Origin: Rhizophagus irregularis
Lineage: Eukaryota
Assembly: GCF_026210795.1 (NCBI RefSeq)
Contig: NC_089433.1
Span: 2,914,001-2,978,000, forward strand
Length of the DNA: 64,000 bases
Direction of reading: 5' to 3'
The notes under the pieces were generated by a model, which saw nothing but the letters and a program-made list of their open reading frames with translations, was not told where the DNA came from and searched no databases. Within the stretch, counting starts at the first letter, position 1, and every line of letters begins with the position of its first letter. Below are positions 1 through 14,113 of the stretch, piece by piece. The position numbers and the translations under genes were made by a program.

Positions 1-463
1 AAGAAATTAAACAAATAATTTTCGTAATTATCAAGAACCATTTTATAAATTTTGTATTATACTTCTCAAAATAAATAAATAATTGAATTTTATCTCTTCT
101 TTCCTGACTTTAAAATAGAAAGAATTATCTCGGGTTTAACAGCTTTAAAGAGTTGCAAATAGATGACTGGAGCCCATCGTACGAGAACCCACTTCAAGGT
201 TATATCTTTAACTTTAAAAGTGAAGCCTTGGTTAAGGTACCTGAATATAAGTCATCAGGTTCAAATTCACCGTCTTGAAGATATGGTAGTTTGTCTCAAG
301 AACCCATTCAACAAACTTTTAGCACTCGTTGGCACCCGAAAAACAATTTGTTATCGGAAAAAATTTTACGCGGAATCACGTGACTTCTAATAACTGGACT
401 GCAACGTCACATTATTTCTCGTCATCCCTCTTCCGGACCTCCATTTTTATCTAATATAAAGGT

Positions 464-1200
464 ATGTCGAACTGTTTTCGTAAAGCTAAAGAGAGTGGGC
501 TTTGCCTGCCTCTTTCTGGTGAAGGTGAACAAGTGGATGCAATGATCAAGGAAGTTATGGCAACCTTGTGAGCTGGCAGGTCTATCTATGATAACTCTGT
601 TAACTGACGGACCTGGCTGAGAGATACGGATAAGATCTTCTCAGTGTTGAGGTCTACTGTTCCGCAATGAGGAATAGTTATGTGCCTTCCTCAACTTCTT
701 TCATGCAATGATTTGTTTTCATTGAGGACTTTTGGATTCAGAGAACTGGAAGCGCTTCGTGGCCACAGTTTTACTGTGAACGTCCTTCTCTGTTTTCAAA
801 ATTTCTGGATGATAACAAATCTTTGTGTGTCCAGGAGAGATGTCAGCGAAAGGACACAATAACCTAAAGCTGTGTTTTTGTAAGTTCTTTCAAACAGATA
901 CTTGTAGCTATACCTTTTATTGTGCAGTTTTCAGGAACGGACGGTGAAAATATCGACACTAATATATAGGAAGAAGATCCGAACTGCTTCGTTATGTTAC
1001 TTGATACTTTAGAAGGATACTGCCTCACGTCACCTACCGGATGGCGGGACGAAATTTTTAAGTAGAGTACTTAGCAAAAGCTAACCATCCCTTTTAATTT
1101 ATAGATGTCCCACAAGAAATGTTAATTTATAGGGACCTGTGGAATGGCATGAGCGGAAAGAAATGCAACAAAGAGAATTCCACTTCAAGAAATTAAATTG
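464..1200 (+). pseudogene. Decayed ORF of unknown family (probably repeat/TE-derived)
   Basis: GC-richer island. The frame from ATG 464 to 862 is broken only by three TGA codons (569, 605, 668). After a frameshift it continues with scattered TAA/TAG. Right end approximate. Confidence 0.45.
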
Positions 1201-2084
1201 GTTCTTATTGTTACGTTCACATACTTTTTTCGTAAATTATGCATCAATTTTTCTAGGAAATTTTGAAGTTGAGGTGTGTGAACAATATTAAAAAAAGATC
1301 TTGTTAAGAAAAACAACAATTTTATTATTTACGCCTATAGTATAAGTATATCGTAACCTGTAATCATCGTAATCACGTGATAATAATAAATTATTCATAT
1401 AATTGTTCTCATAATACCAAACAATAAAAGAATTTTGATCTTTGGAAAATTTCAGAAATAGGCCAGACTAAAAAAAAGTTAAGCTGATTTTTTTTTCTAG
1501 TTCAGTGCCAAGCTTCTGAAAAAAAATACATATATATACACAAATGCATATATTTTTAAAAAAATTCTATATATGTATAAAAAAAAATTCTTTTTTTTTT
1601 GTCGTTAACTGAACAATAAAATTTAAAATCAGGCTTTTACCATTTTTGGTGACTGTCAAATGTAAAGGCGTAAAAATCATTTGTAAATAATAATTCAGAA
1701 AAAAAAATGCGCGCATGTTTGTGTTACTAAATTGGATTCTAAAATCCTATTTTAGTTAATTTCGGGGATGTATATCATACGTCCAGGATTAGTTTATCCC
1801 TTATTGTATATTTTAGGAATGTGAAGGGAAAATTTTACTAAAAATACAGTAAATCTAGATTAATAATATATTATTATTAAGAATTCAACTGGTCAAAAGC
1901 TTTGCGAAAAAAAAATATAGTTTTCTTATTCGGTGATGACGAACAAACTGATGATAAAGGCTTTCAAGATAGTAATAAAGAAAAAACTGAAGAATCTCAG
2001 AATAAATTTATTAAGGTTCAAGGAAGGAAGATGCACGAATTTGAAAAATAGTTGATTGGGGAAGATATTAGAAAGATCGAACTA

Positions 2085-4908
2085 TAGGTAATGATGAATT
2101 TTCTGAAATATATTCAGCAGTATGGAAGGATGGTCCATTATATTATATTATAATAACGATAGATATGAATTCAAAAGAAATCAAAACAAAAAGGTTAATT
2201 TAAAACGTCTAAATAGCTCTCAAAATATTACTAATGAGGTATATAGTTTAAATAAATTAATTTGTATACATTTTGTATATTAATAATAAATTTTTATATT
2301 TTAATAGGTTAAAGTATCTATAATTAAAACATATGGAGTAACTCAGGATTTGGATACGAAAGATTATATTATAGTCTTTGAAAACGAATGCTACTGTGAA
2401 AAATGTGGTAAAGAATTTACAGATATAAATCTTAAGTGGTGTAAAACATGCCAAGTAAATTATTTAAAAAATATTACAATTTGGACAAATGAAAATGGAA
2501 AAATTAAAAATTTAATTCGAGAAATGCAATTGAAAATTAATAAACCATATTATATAGTATTCGAGTGGATTCCATATAATCAATTTAGTAATATTGAAGA
2601 AATAGGCACTTTTGTTAAGGTGTATTCAGCAACATGGAAGGACGGTCCATTACATTATGATAGTGATAAATACGAATATATAAGATATCAGAATGAAGTA
2701 GTTGCTTTAAAATGTTTATATGACTCCCAAAATATCACTAATGTATTTCTTAATGAGGTATGAAGTTTTTATAAATTAATATAATATATTTTTAACTGGA
2801 TAATAATAGCTTTTTTTTATATTTTATTAATAGGTTAGATCATCTTCAATTAACCATTATTGCAATAACAGTACTACAAAAATATATGGAATATCTCAAA
2901 ATCCATATACAAAAAATTATATTCTAGTTTTTAAATATTGTGAAAATAATGATAGTAATGATAATAATGAAAATTATGAAAATATAACTATCAAAGATAG
3001 TTATGTACTTGCAAATTGGATTAGTGAAAACAATGTACTAACTACAGTAAAAATACTTACAAATTGGATTAGTGGAAATGAACAAATCGACTATTTAATT
3101 CAAGAAATGCAATTAAAAATCAATGACCTACATAATATAGTATTTGAGTGGATACCATATGATGAGTTTAATGACATTAAAAAAATGGATGAATGTAATT
3201 TGTCCGAAATATATTTAGCAATATGGAAGAATGGTCCATTATATTATAAAAACCAAATTGGTTTTGGTAAAAATATATATACGAGAAACCAGAATAAAGA
3301 AGTTGTTTTAAAATGTTTGTATAACTCTCAAAATATTACTAATATATTTATAAATGAGTTATGAAAATTTCCAAAAATTTAGTTTATGTACTTTCTAATT
3401 TTACAATAATTTTTTTATATTTTAACAGATTAAATCATACTACATAACTTGTTAATCATGATGATATTCCTAAATTATATGGAATATCCCAAAATCCAAA
3501 TACAAAAGATTATGTTCTAGTTTTTCAATATTATGAACCAGTTATTAAAAACAAGCATATAATAATAAAAATACTTACAAACTGGACTAGTGGAAATGAG
3601 AAAATCGATGATTTAATTAAAGAAATGCAATTGAAAATCAATAAACCAAATGATATAGTATTTGAATGGATTCCATATAATCAATTTAGTAATATTAAAA
3701 AAATAGGTGAAGGAGGCTTTTCTAAAGTATATTTTGCAACATGGAGAGTTGGTTTATTACATTATGATGGTAATAAGTATGCAAGAAAACGGAATAAAAA
3801 GGTTGCGTTAAAATGTTTATATAAATCTCAAAATATTACAAGTAAATTTTTAAATGAGGTATGAAATTCTCCGTAAATATAATTTACATACTTTTTTTTA
3901 ATATAATAAAGAATAATTTTTATATTATAATAGCTTAAAGCATATTCAATTGAAAATCATTATAATTATTACACTAATAGGATTCTTAAAATATACGGAA
4001 TATCTCAGAATCCAGATACAAAGGAATTTATTATGGTTTTTGACTATGCAGAAGGTGGAGATTTAAATCATTGGATGAATAAAAATTATAGCGATTTTGA
4101 TTGGTTAAGGAAATTACTTTTGTTGTGGAATATTATTAATGGACTTAGAGAAATTCATCAAAAACGGATGGTTCATCGTGATTTTCATACAGGAAATATA
4201 CTATTAATTAATGATGATGTAAAAGATTACATGGATGATAATATTGTACATATTTCAGATATGGAATTATGCGGAGATGTTAGTAATATTGATCAAAATA
4301 ATAATTATGGAGTTATACCTTACGTAGCTCCTGAAGTGCTCAAAGAGGAACCTTATACTCAAGCAGCGGATGTATATAGTTTTGGTATGATTATGTATTT
4401 TGTAGGAACTGGAAAACAACCTTTTTCTGATTGTGCGCATGATCAATACTTAGCAATAAGCATATGTAATGGAAATAGACCTGAAGTAAATGAACCAGAA
4501 ATACCAAAATGTTATAGTAAATTAATGAAAGAGTGTTGGGATTCAACCCCAGACGATAGACCAGATGCGGAGAAAATTTTTGAATCAATAAATTTATTTT
4601 ATAGTTCATATAAAGATGATGAATCAGACTTTAAACGTTATATGAAGATTGAAAAAGAACAACAACACTATGAAATTGAAAAACAATTCAAAGAAGCAGA
4701 AGAATATAGAATATCAAATCTCTCTTCTTTTGATAAAAGTATTAATACTCATACACAAGCTATTTATAAATCTCGATTACTTAATCCTTTCACCAAAAGT
4801 CTAATTATTGATTTTACAAAGTAAGTTCATAGATTTTTAAATTTGATAATTATTATACTTTATTAATATGAAATTTAATTCTTTATACAGAATAAATAAA
4901 GAAGATTA
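2085..4908 (+). pseudogene. Tyrosine-kinase-like (TKL) kinase with four tandem N-lobe modules, probably disabled
   Basis: Repeated modules FEWIPY..F..I..IG.GGF..VY.A.W..GPL...VALKCL..SQNIT..FLNEV, each followed by an intron at the same position and then IYGISQNP.TK.Y. C-lobe has HRDFHTGNIL, ISDME, PYVAPEVL, ADVYSFG. The donor near 3359 reads gag|tt instead of gag|gt and the next exon (from 3429) has a stop/frameshift. Confidence 0.8.
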
Positions 4909-6050
4909 AACGCTATTAGTTTTTAGCATGAGTCAGTATAATAAATCTTTAGCTTATTGTTAGCTATAAACAATATTTTTAGTTTTAAATTATTTACGTG
5001 TAAACTTTATTTTTTTTACATAAATAAAATCAGTTTAATATTTTAATTATTTTAGCACTGTAAATATATTTTAACCATAATTTATAATGCCGTAAATAAA
5101 TATCCAATAATAATTTTGTATTATTCTTAAGATCGAAATTTAATAAATTGGTGTGTGTAATCAATGATAATTTTTAATAATAAAAAAAATAATGAAATAT
5201 GAATTTTTACGGATGGCGGCTTTTATTTATGGCAGTTAGTGTATGAATAATTAAAATTTCAACCTCACATGGCAATCTTTAGTGATTGTACATATTTTGA
5301 AGTGAACAAGAGTTGTATAGTATTATTTAAGTCTTCTTTTATTCATGTTGCTACTTGCGTACAATTGGTCACACTAATTCTTTAAAAACATCTAAACATC
5401 TAAAAATCACAAAAATATATGTATTATGATCTAACAAATCACTTTTCAGCCACGTGATCACGCGATCAGAATTTTAGAACAAACCAATCAAAATGTTTAT
5501 TATCTTGTTTTATTAGTTCAGTTAACATAACTAATAAAATTTATAATATCATAACAACAAAAAATGTAAAAGTAATAAATTGAAGTGTTACGCCGTAACA
5601 ACAGTGTTTCTTTAATATTCAAGATTCGCACGTATAAATAATATTATGAGATAATTAAATCGAAAAAGAATTGAAAAAGATAATTTTATATTTCATGATG
5701 TAATATATAAAAAAATTTCCATAATTTTCCATATCATTTTTGTTTCACACTTAATTAATAGAAGGCAACTTTTCCCTATTCAAAATATCTTTTATGGTAT
5801 ATTTAAGTAATTACAGAATATGATGTAGATAAAAACTGCTAGGATAATATTTTTGTTATAAGATAACAAGAAACGTTAATAAACGTTTCTAATTAAAAAT
5901 TGAATATTAAAAAAATATTGAAGCTCCTCCACTTACCTTTTCAGTTCATAAAAATCGTCCGGCAAGTAGAGACCTAAAATAAAAAAATGAAAATGGGTCG
6001 TTGGTAGGTAGAGGATAGGAAACCGCTTTGGTCACTGCATTTAATTTGCG

Positions 6051-6468
6051 ACCTATGAAAAAGGAATATCCGGAAAATATCAATGAAAGTGTCCGAAAAT
6101 TGTCCAGTATTTCAAAAAATTGTCTTGAAAATGATTTACCTTTGTTGTCCGGAATTTTTTCATGTCCAGGGTTTGTCCAGTTTTTTTGTACATGAAGAAT
6201 TCGGGACAAATTCTAGACAAATAAAACCAACAAATTCCGGATATAAAAATTTCAGAATATTTAATTAGACATATTCTAGAAATTATTTCTAAAATAGAAA
6301 AAATTAAATTAAAAAAAATTCAAAAAGCTCAAAACAGATGTTTAAAACCTCCCCCTGACGTAGATAGTGGTAATCTGCCGGGCATATTCCAAACATCCGG
6401 AAACGCACACGTTTTGGAACATTTTCCGAAGTTCAGGATGAGTTCCGGATGCATTTTTTTTCGTAGGG
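6051..6468. mobile_element. Non-autonomous DNA transposon (MITE) with CCCT...AGGG-type ends
   Basis: Left acctatgaaaaaggaatatccggaa is an imperfect inverted match to right ttccggatgcattttttttcgtaggg. Interior is rich in tccgga/ttgtcc motifs. Confidence 0.55.
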
Positions 6469-7227
6469 CGATAGTCTACACATAGACGTTTATCGCCTCC
6501 AATAACAACAGGTGAGGCGCTTTATAACATTTTTCCCAACACGTTACATTTCTCTCGTTATAACGAGTCAGCCAATTAAATTCTCTTAAATTCTTCGCTA
6601 CAATCTTATAGCGAATTTGAGGAGGATTGGGGGCTGACGATAAAATAATTTAAACACATTCATCTCTAGTTCGCTAAATTTAAAACTGCGTGATGCAATG
6701 AAGAAACCTAAATACTGTATAAATGGAATTACATATGGCTTTACGTTAAGAAGATTATTTTAAAAAATATTTTTAGGAAATAAAAAAAGACTTACTGTCG
6801 TGTTAATAATATGAATTAAATAACATGGTATCCCTGATAGAAAATTATTTAGTAAATTATGAATAAACTCGAATAATTTACTTCTATCTTTAACGTGACA
6901 AAACAATCTGGTATATATTATATATGTATATTTATAAAATTAAGGTATATATAATCAAAGTATGAAATTTAATAAATAATATGTAAAAAATAAGTAATGG
7001 AGTAGTGGATAATGAGAAGTGAGAACGGTATAAATATTATAAATATCGTCGTCATTTATGCTGACGTCGATCAACTAACAATTGAAACATTTATTTGTGG
7101 GAAGCAAATCATCAAACACTGTGGTGTGCTAGTAGTGTACTACGTATAACAAACTTATATGCAGTTTTGTTTTGCTCACATTTCTTCCATAAACTCTTTC
7201 CGAGTTCTTTAAAGAATTTTATATCAT

Positions 7228-8833
7228 ATGGATTATATTAAAGTTTGTAAAAAGCTTAAACTAAAAATTATATTAAGTGCTATGTTTTCAAAAGAGTTGA
7301 GGGAATTGATTATGCTTAATGGAGTATGTCCTGATTGTAAAGAAATTAATACAGGTTGGGCATGGTGCAACAAATGTGATCCAGGTCGATTTTTAAAGGA
7401 AGGAAAAACAAGTGGAAATCCTGATTTTGATAAATTAATACATGAAGCTCAACTTGAAACAAGAGATTATGGTGACAACACAGAATGGATACCTTTTGAA
7501 AGATTAAAAGATATTAAACCTATTGGAGAAGGTGGTTTTGCTACAATTTATTCTGCCACTTGGTTGGACGGAATTCCTGAATATTTATCTAAAAAACGTC
7601 GTAGTGAGCCTCAAATAGTCGCACTTAAAAAATTTAAGAATTCAAGAATTATGATTGGAGCATTTACTGATGAGGTAAATATTATTTTTTAATTATTAAT
7701 TTGATGATTTTATATATTTATTTATCATTCTTATGTTAGATAAAAGTACATGTTAAATGTTCGGGCTGTATGGTTCAAAAATTATACGGAATAACAAAAG
7801 ATCCGAAAACAGACGAATTTTCTATGGTTATAATGTACGCTTCAGATGGAAATTTAAGAGATTATCTTAAAAAAAATTTTTCATCCTTAAAATGGGAAGA
7901 AAAATTACAAAATTTATGGTATATTATAGATACTCTTGGAAAAATCCATGACATAAATTATATTCATAAAGATTTGCATAGTGGAAATATACTTATGTAT
8001 AAACCTAATGTTGATGATTTGAGTGGCACGATGATTTCGGATTTAGGACTTTCACAATCAATATATGACTCAAATAATTCTACAAATGTATGTGGAGTAT
8101 TACCTTATATAGCACCAGAAATATTTAATGGTAAACCATACACAAAAGCAAGTGATATTTATAGTTTTGGCATTATTATGGTAGAAATGTCTACTGGAAA
8201 ACCACCCTATGGGAATATATCACATAGCGATGATCTTGCATTAGCAATTTGCGTTGGTTTAAGACCAAAAGTTATTAGGGGAACTCCAAAATGTTATATC
8301 GAATTAGTTAATAAATGTCTTGATTCTGATCCAGAGAAAAGACCTTCTTGTAATGAATTATTGAGCGTAATATTTAAATGGAATTTGGAATTTATCAATG
8401 GAAAAACAGAATCAGAAATTGTAAAAGAATTTTCTAATGCAGATGCGATTGTTTCACGAGAATATTCTTCTAATGAGATTACATTACATCCTGAAGCAAT
8501 TTATACAAGTCGTCATATGAATTTTCGTAATCTCCCTAAATCGAGAAATTCTTTAGGAGTTCAAGTTGAAAATTCTGAATGTAAATATTATATATTTTAA
8601 ATTACTTAATTTATATTTAATTAATTAATTAATTAATTTTAAATCTTCAATCGTTTACAGTTTCTGATCCTAATTTGCTTGAAAACTTTATTTATGACGC
8701 TGTTAAAGAACAAAGTCAAGGTATATTATTTAAAATATTAAATGTTAACTATAATATTAAAAATTATTAATACAGTATTTATTTTTAATAAAAAAATTTA
8801 GATAAGATTGAAGTAGAAAGTACGAACGAATAA
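7228..8833 (+). CDS. TKL-family protein kinase with N-terminal CxxC..CxxC motif
   Basis: Exons about 7228(or 7282)-7674, 7740-8580, 8661-8720, 8802-8833 join in frame at GT-AG introns. Motifs GEGGFATIY, VALKK, HKDLHSGNIL, ISDLG, PYIAPE, SDIYSFG. N-terminal CPDC...CNKC. Confidence 0.9.
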
Positions 8834-9390
8834 CAACAGAATAACAAATATACGTTAAAAATAAATTATAATGAATAATTATAGATCTCTTATTATCATT
8901 AAAAATGATAATTTAATTGCAATTACACATTATTATACATTCTAACAATTAATTATAGTATCCAAAAACACATCTTTTGAGAAAAAGTCCGTCATTGTAA
9001 TAATAATAAAATTATACGTTTATCTTAAATTTCAAGTTTCAAGATAATTAATTTATTTTATTTTTAATTTTATGTATACATATCGTCATAGTACAGTTTG
9101 GTGAGTAGCGCTGATGTCATTAGACTTTTAGAAGTGATGTGTAACAACACGTCTAAAACCTTGTTGTTACACGAATATTAATTTACCAAATTTGGTAAAA
9201 GATCTCGATGACATAATGATATAATGATATAAAGGACGCAATTATTTTAACAACGTTGTTCGACTAGTTTCTTCGTTTCTTCCCAGGAAAAAAAAAAAAT
9301 TTTGTGATAACAAAAACAAAAAGAGAGAGATCAAAAAGTTATTATCCCTTATTCTTTTAACCAACTATTCTTTAAACTCATATCATAAAA

Positions 9391-10233
9391 ATGACTTTTT
9401 TGAAAAACATAACATATAATGAAATTATTGAAGGAAAAAAAATCTTAGATATCTGCGAAAGAAAACTTGAAAAATTTAGCTTTATGGATAATAAAGATTT
9501 TGAAAGTCCAGGATTAAGAAAGTTTTTGTTGGTTTCTAATCTATCTAATCTCGCCACGAATATCATAAATTCAGGAAAAGGTAAAATAAGATCTAGGAAT
9601 ATATATACATATATATATATTTTTTTTTAAGAAAAAAGATCTTTAGATGAAATCCTTTTAACGATTATAATTATTTTTAATTTCAAAGAATATAACTTTA
9701 GGGATAATAATATAAAACAAAAACGAGATGATAGATATATTTTGAAGCCGAATATATTCGATGGTTTTAATGGATACAAGACGCGAGATAATACAAAAAA
9801 TATCCAAAATTTTGAATACAAGACTACAGACGTAATCAATCCAGATTATGATGATGATGAGGAATTCTTAGATGATTTTTATGAAGAAGATGAAGAGTTG
9901 TCAGACGATAATACTGACGATGATGATGAATCTTCGCAAGAAATTTATGTTATCACAAATAGCAGCTATGATAACAATAATAATGGTTATCATGATACTT
10001 CAGAATGTTACGAGAATAATGAAAAGGAAGAAGATAGGAACGCAAATTCTTATTTGGAGGATCTAAGATTCGCCGGTCATAATTATGAAAAGATGTCATC
10101 GGTTGTTGTGTCAGTTGCATCAAAAAATATCCATGAGATATCAGTTTCAAGCCACTTGGGCAAACATAGTCTTAACTTTGATGAAGAAATTATTACAAGC
10201 ACAGTGGCTTATAAGAAGGCTAAGCATATCTAA
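9391..10233 (+). CDS. Two-exon protein with SERTA/IER-like N-terminal helix pair and acidic tract
   Basis: Exons 9391-9580 and 9689-10233 join in frame. ILDICERKL...PGLRKFLLVSN resembles the SERTA pattern IL.IS..KL...P.LRRSVLI.N, followed by a long D/E tract. Domain call is by eye. Confidence 0.6.
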
Positions 10234-11338
10234 CTTAACACTGAACAAACGTATTAGTATTCATATATTTATCGGTAACATTGGGTTATTAGGGTTTTTG
10301 TTTCCTTGTTGTGTATCCTATATTTTATAGTTGGTAATACTGGACTTTTATATATATTATATACGCATATTATATGATAATAAAGTGGATAAGAATTTGT
10401 GGTAAAATCAACTTTTGTGAAAAGAATTCCCGAAAATGTTGATGAAAATGTTCGGAACATATAAAACTTTTAATAAACAAATAAACATACTCGGGATAAC
10501 TTCTGATATGAATTATCATATATTGGATCTAAAGCCGTTCGTGGAATTAGAGGAATTAGAGCTGCAAATTACGTGATGCAAATATTTATAGTTCGATAAG
10601 AAATTATTCAATTTTCATTTCAATTACATTTACAAATGTTACATTAATTTGCAAAGAAGTTTGTAATAACTTAAAATAACATTATTAACATTAGCAAATA
10701 TAGTCTGATTTAATAAGATTCAACTTAGGGAATTCATATTATGATATCTCTTGTGTTTAAATAATTCAATTTAAAATAATTTTATCAAATAATGTAATTT
10801 TATTGTTAGAAAATGGAAGGCATTAAGCGGCGGTAAATATTGATTCAAAATTCTATACGTCAAATGCCGACACTTGGGAATCTGGCAGTATTACTCAACT
10901 TCATGAGAACCCCTTATGTCTCATTCCAGGCATCAAAAATAACCTAAGAAACAAGATCTACTACCAGAATTCTGATCTATCAGGGAAAGGTTATATAAGG
11001 GCCGGATTATATGATAGATGTCATTTTTACTTTTTTCCCTTCGTTTAGTCCAATGTTTATTTAGAAATTTTGTTATTTACTGAGTTGATTTTATTGATTT
11101 CAACAAATATTGCGCCAATATTAGAAATGCAGACGTTACTGACGTAATCATATAAAAAAAAGGTTACGGCGATAACATGTGTGATAATTTTCATTAGTGA
11201 AGTAATCATAAAAAAAGGTTACGGTGTTGCGATAACATGTGTGAGAAGCTATACTACTCACTTGACGATCGACATTTTGATCATCAAGTAGTCATAATTT
11301 CGTGACTATGAGCGTGCCATGAAAAATAATAGTGATTC

Positions 11339-11666
11339 GACCTAGCTGAAATCAAATGTTGAAATTGTTTTAACATTTATTATTTTAATTTTAGCTAGAT
11401 GTTACAATTGTTAAAAGCTATAATAAAGTTTTAAATGATAGTTTAGTATAAATTAACTTTTGTCTACAATATTTGATAATTCCAATTTTAAGTAAAATCT
11501 CTGTAATAAAATTAAATTTTTTGTTGTTAAATTTCTATCATCATGAAATCTTATAAAAATAAATGCCTCATTTTTCTAAAAAAAAAAAATCTAGACATGT
11601 GATCAATTTTCTAAAAAATCTTTTTATCAACAACGTTAATTATAATTCTGGTAAAACCCATCAGTT
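11339..11666. repeat. Dispersed repeat family, copy 1 (other copies about 14588-14824 direct and 17490-17595 inverted)
   Basis: Shared blocks ctgaaa(t/c)caaat..aaattgtttta, ttttagctag and catgtgatcaattttctaaaaaat...ttatcaacaa. Reverse complement aaattgatcacatg near 17491. Confidence 0.65.
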
Positions 11667-13248
11667 AAGCCTTTAAGCCGTTAGGACTTTATATTATAAA
11701 CTCGTCTTATTCATATCCTAAAATTACAGTACTTTCTATCATTCTACATTCAATTCTTTTATGTCAAATACGCGCCCTACTTTGAACAGGACTCTACTGA
11801 ATGGTTCTTAATGGACTTTTTGGCAACTGAAACTTTGAAACTTTAACTTTCTTAGTTTCTTTGGGTGCCTTCAAAAGACTGATCGGTTGTCATCTTAACA
11901 AAATTCACAGGATATTCTACCAGCACGAAAGAAATCAAGCATGAATTTTGATAAATAAAATAACTAGTCAACTTATCAAAGAAGTGAGTTATTATACACT
12001 TTGCTAATAATCACCTTAATATATATATTGACTTTCATAAAGTTGACATTCTCTTTAGTTATCAAGGTTTACTAATTCTGGGTATGTATAAGGAACATGT
12101 AAAAATGTAAAACTCACCAATACATTATGGGACATCCTAATGTTTTAAAATCAAAAATCGAAAAAAAAAACATAAAAGGGATATGCATGAAACAGATTTA
12201 ATTGAGAAATAAAGGTATCTTGCCCTCAAATTCAGTGATGGCAATGACCAGGTCATTTGACCATTTTTGAAATGACCCTTGAATGACCTATAACACGATC
12301 ATAAGCTTTGGAGTTTGGACATGTCTTGAAATAGAATCCAAATGTTCTTATAGTTTTCTTTAGCATCCATCTATTAATTCGTTAAGAATTCGAATGGGTT
12401 CAAAAATTGATGAGTCATTCGAGTCATTTTTGTCAATGGAGTCATTTAAATATAATGGTGTATAATTCAGGCCAAGCTTATGATGCTGGCCAGAATTACA
12501 TTTCTAATATCACGTGATATATTTTTTTATCCACGAAACATTGAAACTGCATAAATAGTTTTGATGAGATCGCATAACTGATAATGTAATTTTTAAATGA
12601 CCAAATTGCACGTGGCTAATAGCGTAATTTGATGTCATTTTGCCTCAAAGTACATGCAAGGAGAGAGAAATTGAAAAAGAGTATAAATTTTTATTTATTT
12701 ATTTATTTTATTTCTTAGAGTAGCAAACCAAGTCTATTACAAATAAAAGCAGATGGTATATTACATACGAAATAACTAATATATGTGTATAGATCTCAGA
12801 ATGTCATAAAGTGTATAAATTTTTAAAGAATTTTGAGTTTTTTCTACTGAAACCTGAAACACAAAGATCACGTTTTTTTTTATTCAAACTTCTTAGCTGC
12901 TGTCAACTAACACAATATTAGTATAGTATAAATTAACACATTACACATCATCAAATGTATTTTCCAAAAGTTAACATTTCCGATAACTTTATTTTTTTTA
13001 ATTTTTTGTTTTAACATTTCGGACTTTTTCGCGTTTGTTTAAAGGGATCAATATTTTAATAATTTTTTTTCATGGTACTAATAGTAAAGAAAATAACTAA
13101 AAAATGAAATAAATGAATGGTATAATGGTTTAACATATCTTTCTAATCGTGCAAAAATATATAACGAGTCTATGATAGCTTTTCTAATCTTTCTAATCGT
13201 GTAAAAATATATATCCTTTAACTTTAATTTCTCTACAATTCTTTTGAC

Positions 13249-13520
13249 ATGTTATCAGAAGAAAGTTTTTTGTCGAAAGTTCAACAACGCAGTAAGTGTG
13301 GTATATGTCTGATATTTATTAATAATAATATTCTTCTAATTTTTTTTGCCATTTCAGAATACTGGCAAAAACCATATACGAAGTGGAGCATTGAATCTTG
13401 GGATGCATTTTACTTTAAAGAACACCCTAATGCAACAATACGAAATTTGCGTAGTTACCTAGCTGGTGAACTAAGAAGTATCACAGAGAATTCAGTATCC
13501 AGAATAAAAGAGAAGGCACT
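13249..13520 (+). pseudogene. Gene fragment of unknown family
   Basis: MLSEESFLSKVQQR, an apparent intron (gtaagt...tttcag), then EYWQKPYTKWSIESWDAFY...; no convincing continuation. It lies in sequence absent from duplication copy B. Confidence 0.3.
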
Positions 13521-13991
13521 AAAGTTTGTGCCCACATATTGGAGGTTAATGTTTACACATTCTCGGGAATGTGAGCATAGTATAATGTGCTACGCTCTGT
13601 CCCTTTGTGCATGGGAAGAAGAGCGTCCAGACACGAGTACCTGATCTCGTCGCTGCGACGTGCATATCTTGCTATGAGGCAGGACTGTTGATTCTCTAGG
13701 AAGATTGTCTATGTACTCCTATGTAAAAAATCTTACTCACATGATATGCTTTTCTTTGCATATTACTACAATCTACAGAAATCTGGGATAAAAGAATTCA
13801 TTAAGCAGATAATTATTTCTTAACTATGATTTATCATGTAACTAGTAATGTATGCTTAGCCGTCGTAATAGTAAAGGTTGTGACGTATTTATCGTAATTA
13901 AATCGATTATTTCTAATTTTGAAAATTGATCATTAATTGGTAAGATGCCAGATGATTTTTTACTACTGTACCAAGAAAATATTATACTCGC

Positions 13992-14113
13992 GATAATATT
14001 ATACATGCAATAATATTATAAATGCAATAATATTATACATGCAATAATATTATTCTTGCAATAAATAATATACTTAATAATATTATACTTGCAATAATAT
14101 TATACTTGCAATA
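13992..14113. repeat. 17-bp minisatellite (caataatattatac(a/t)tg), about 7 copies
   Basis: Directly visible tandem units. Confidence 0.85.
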
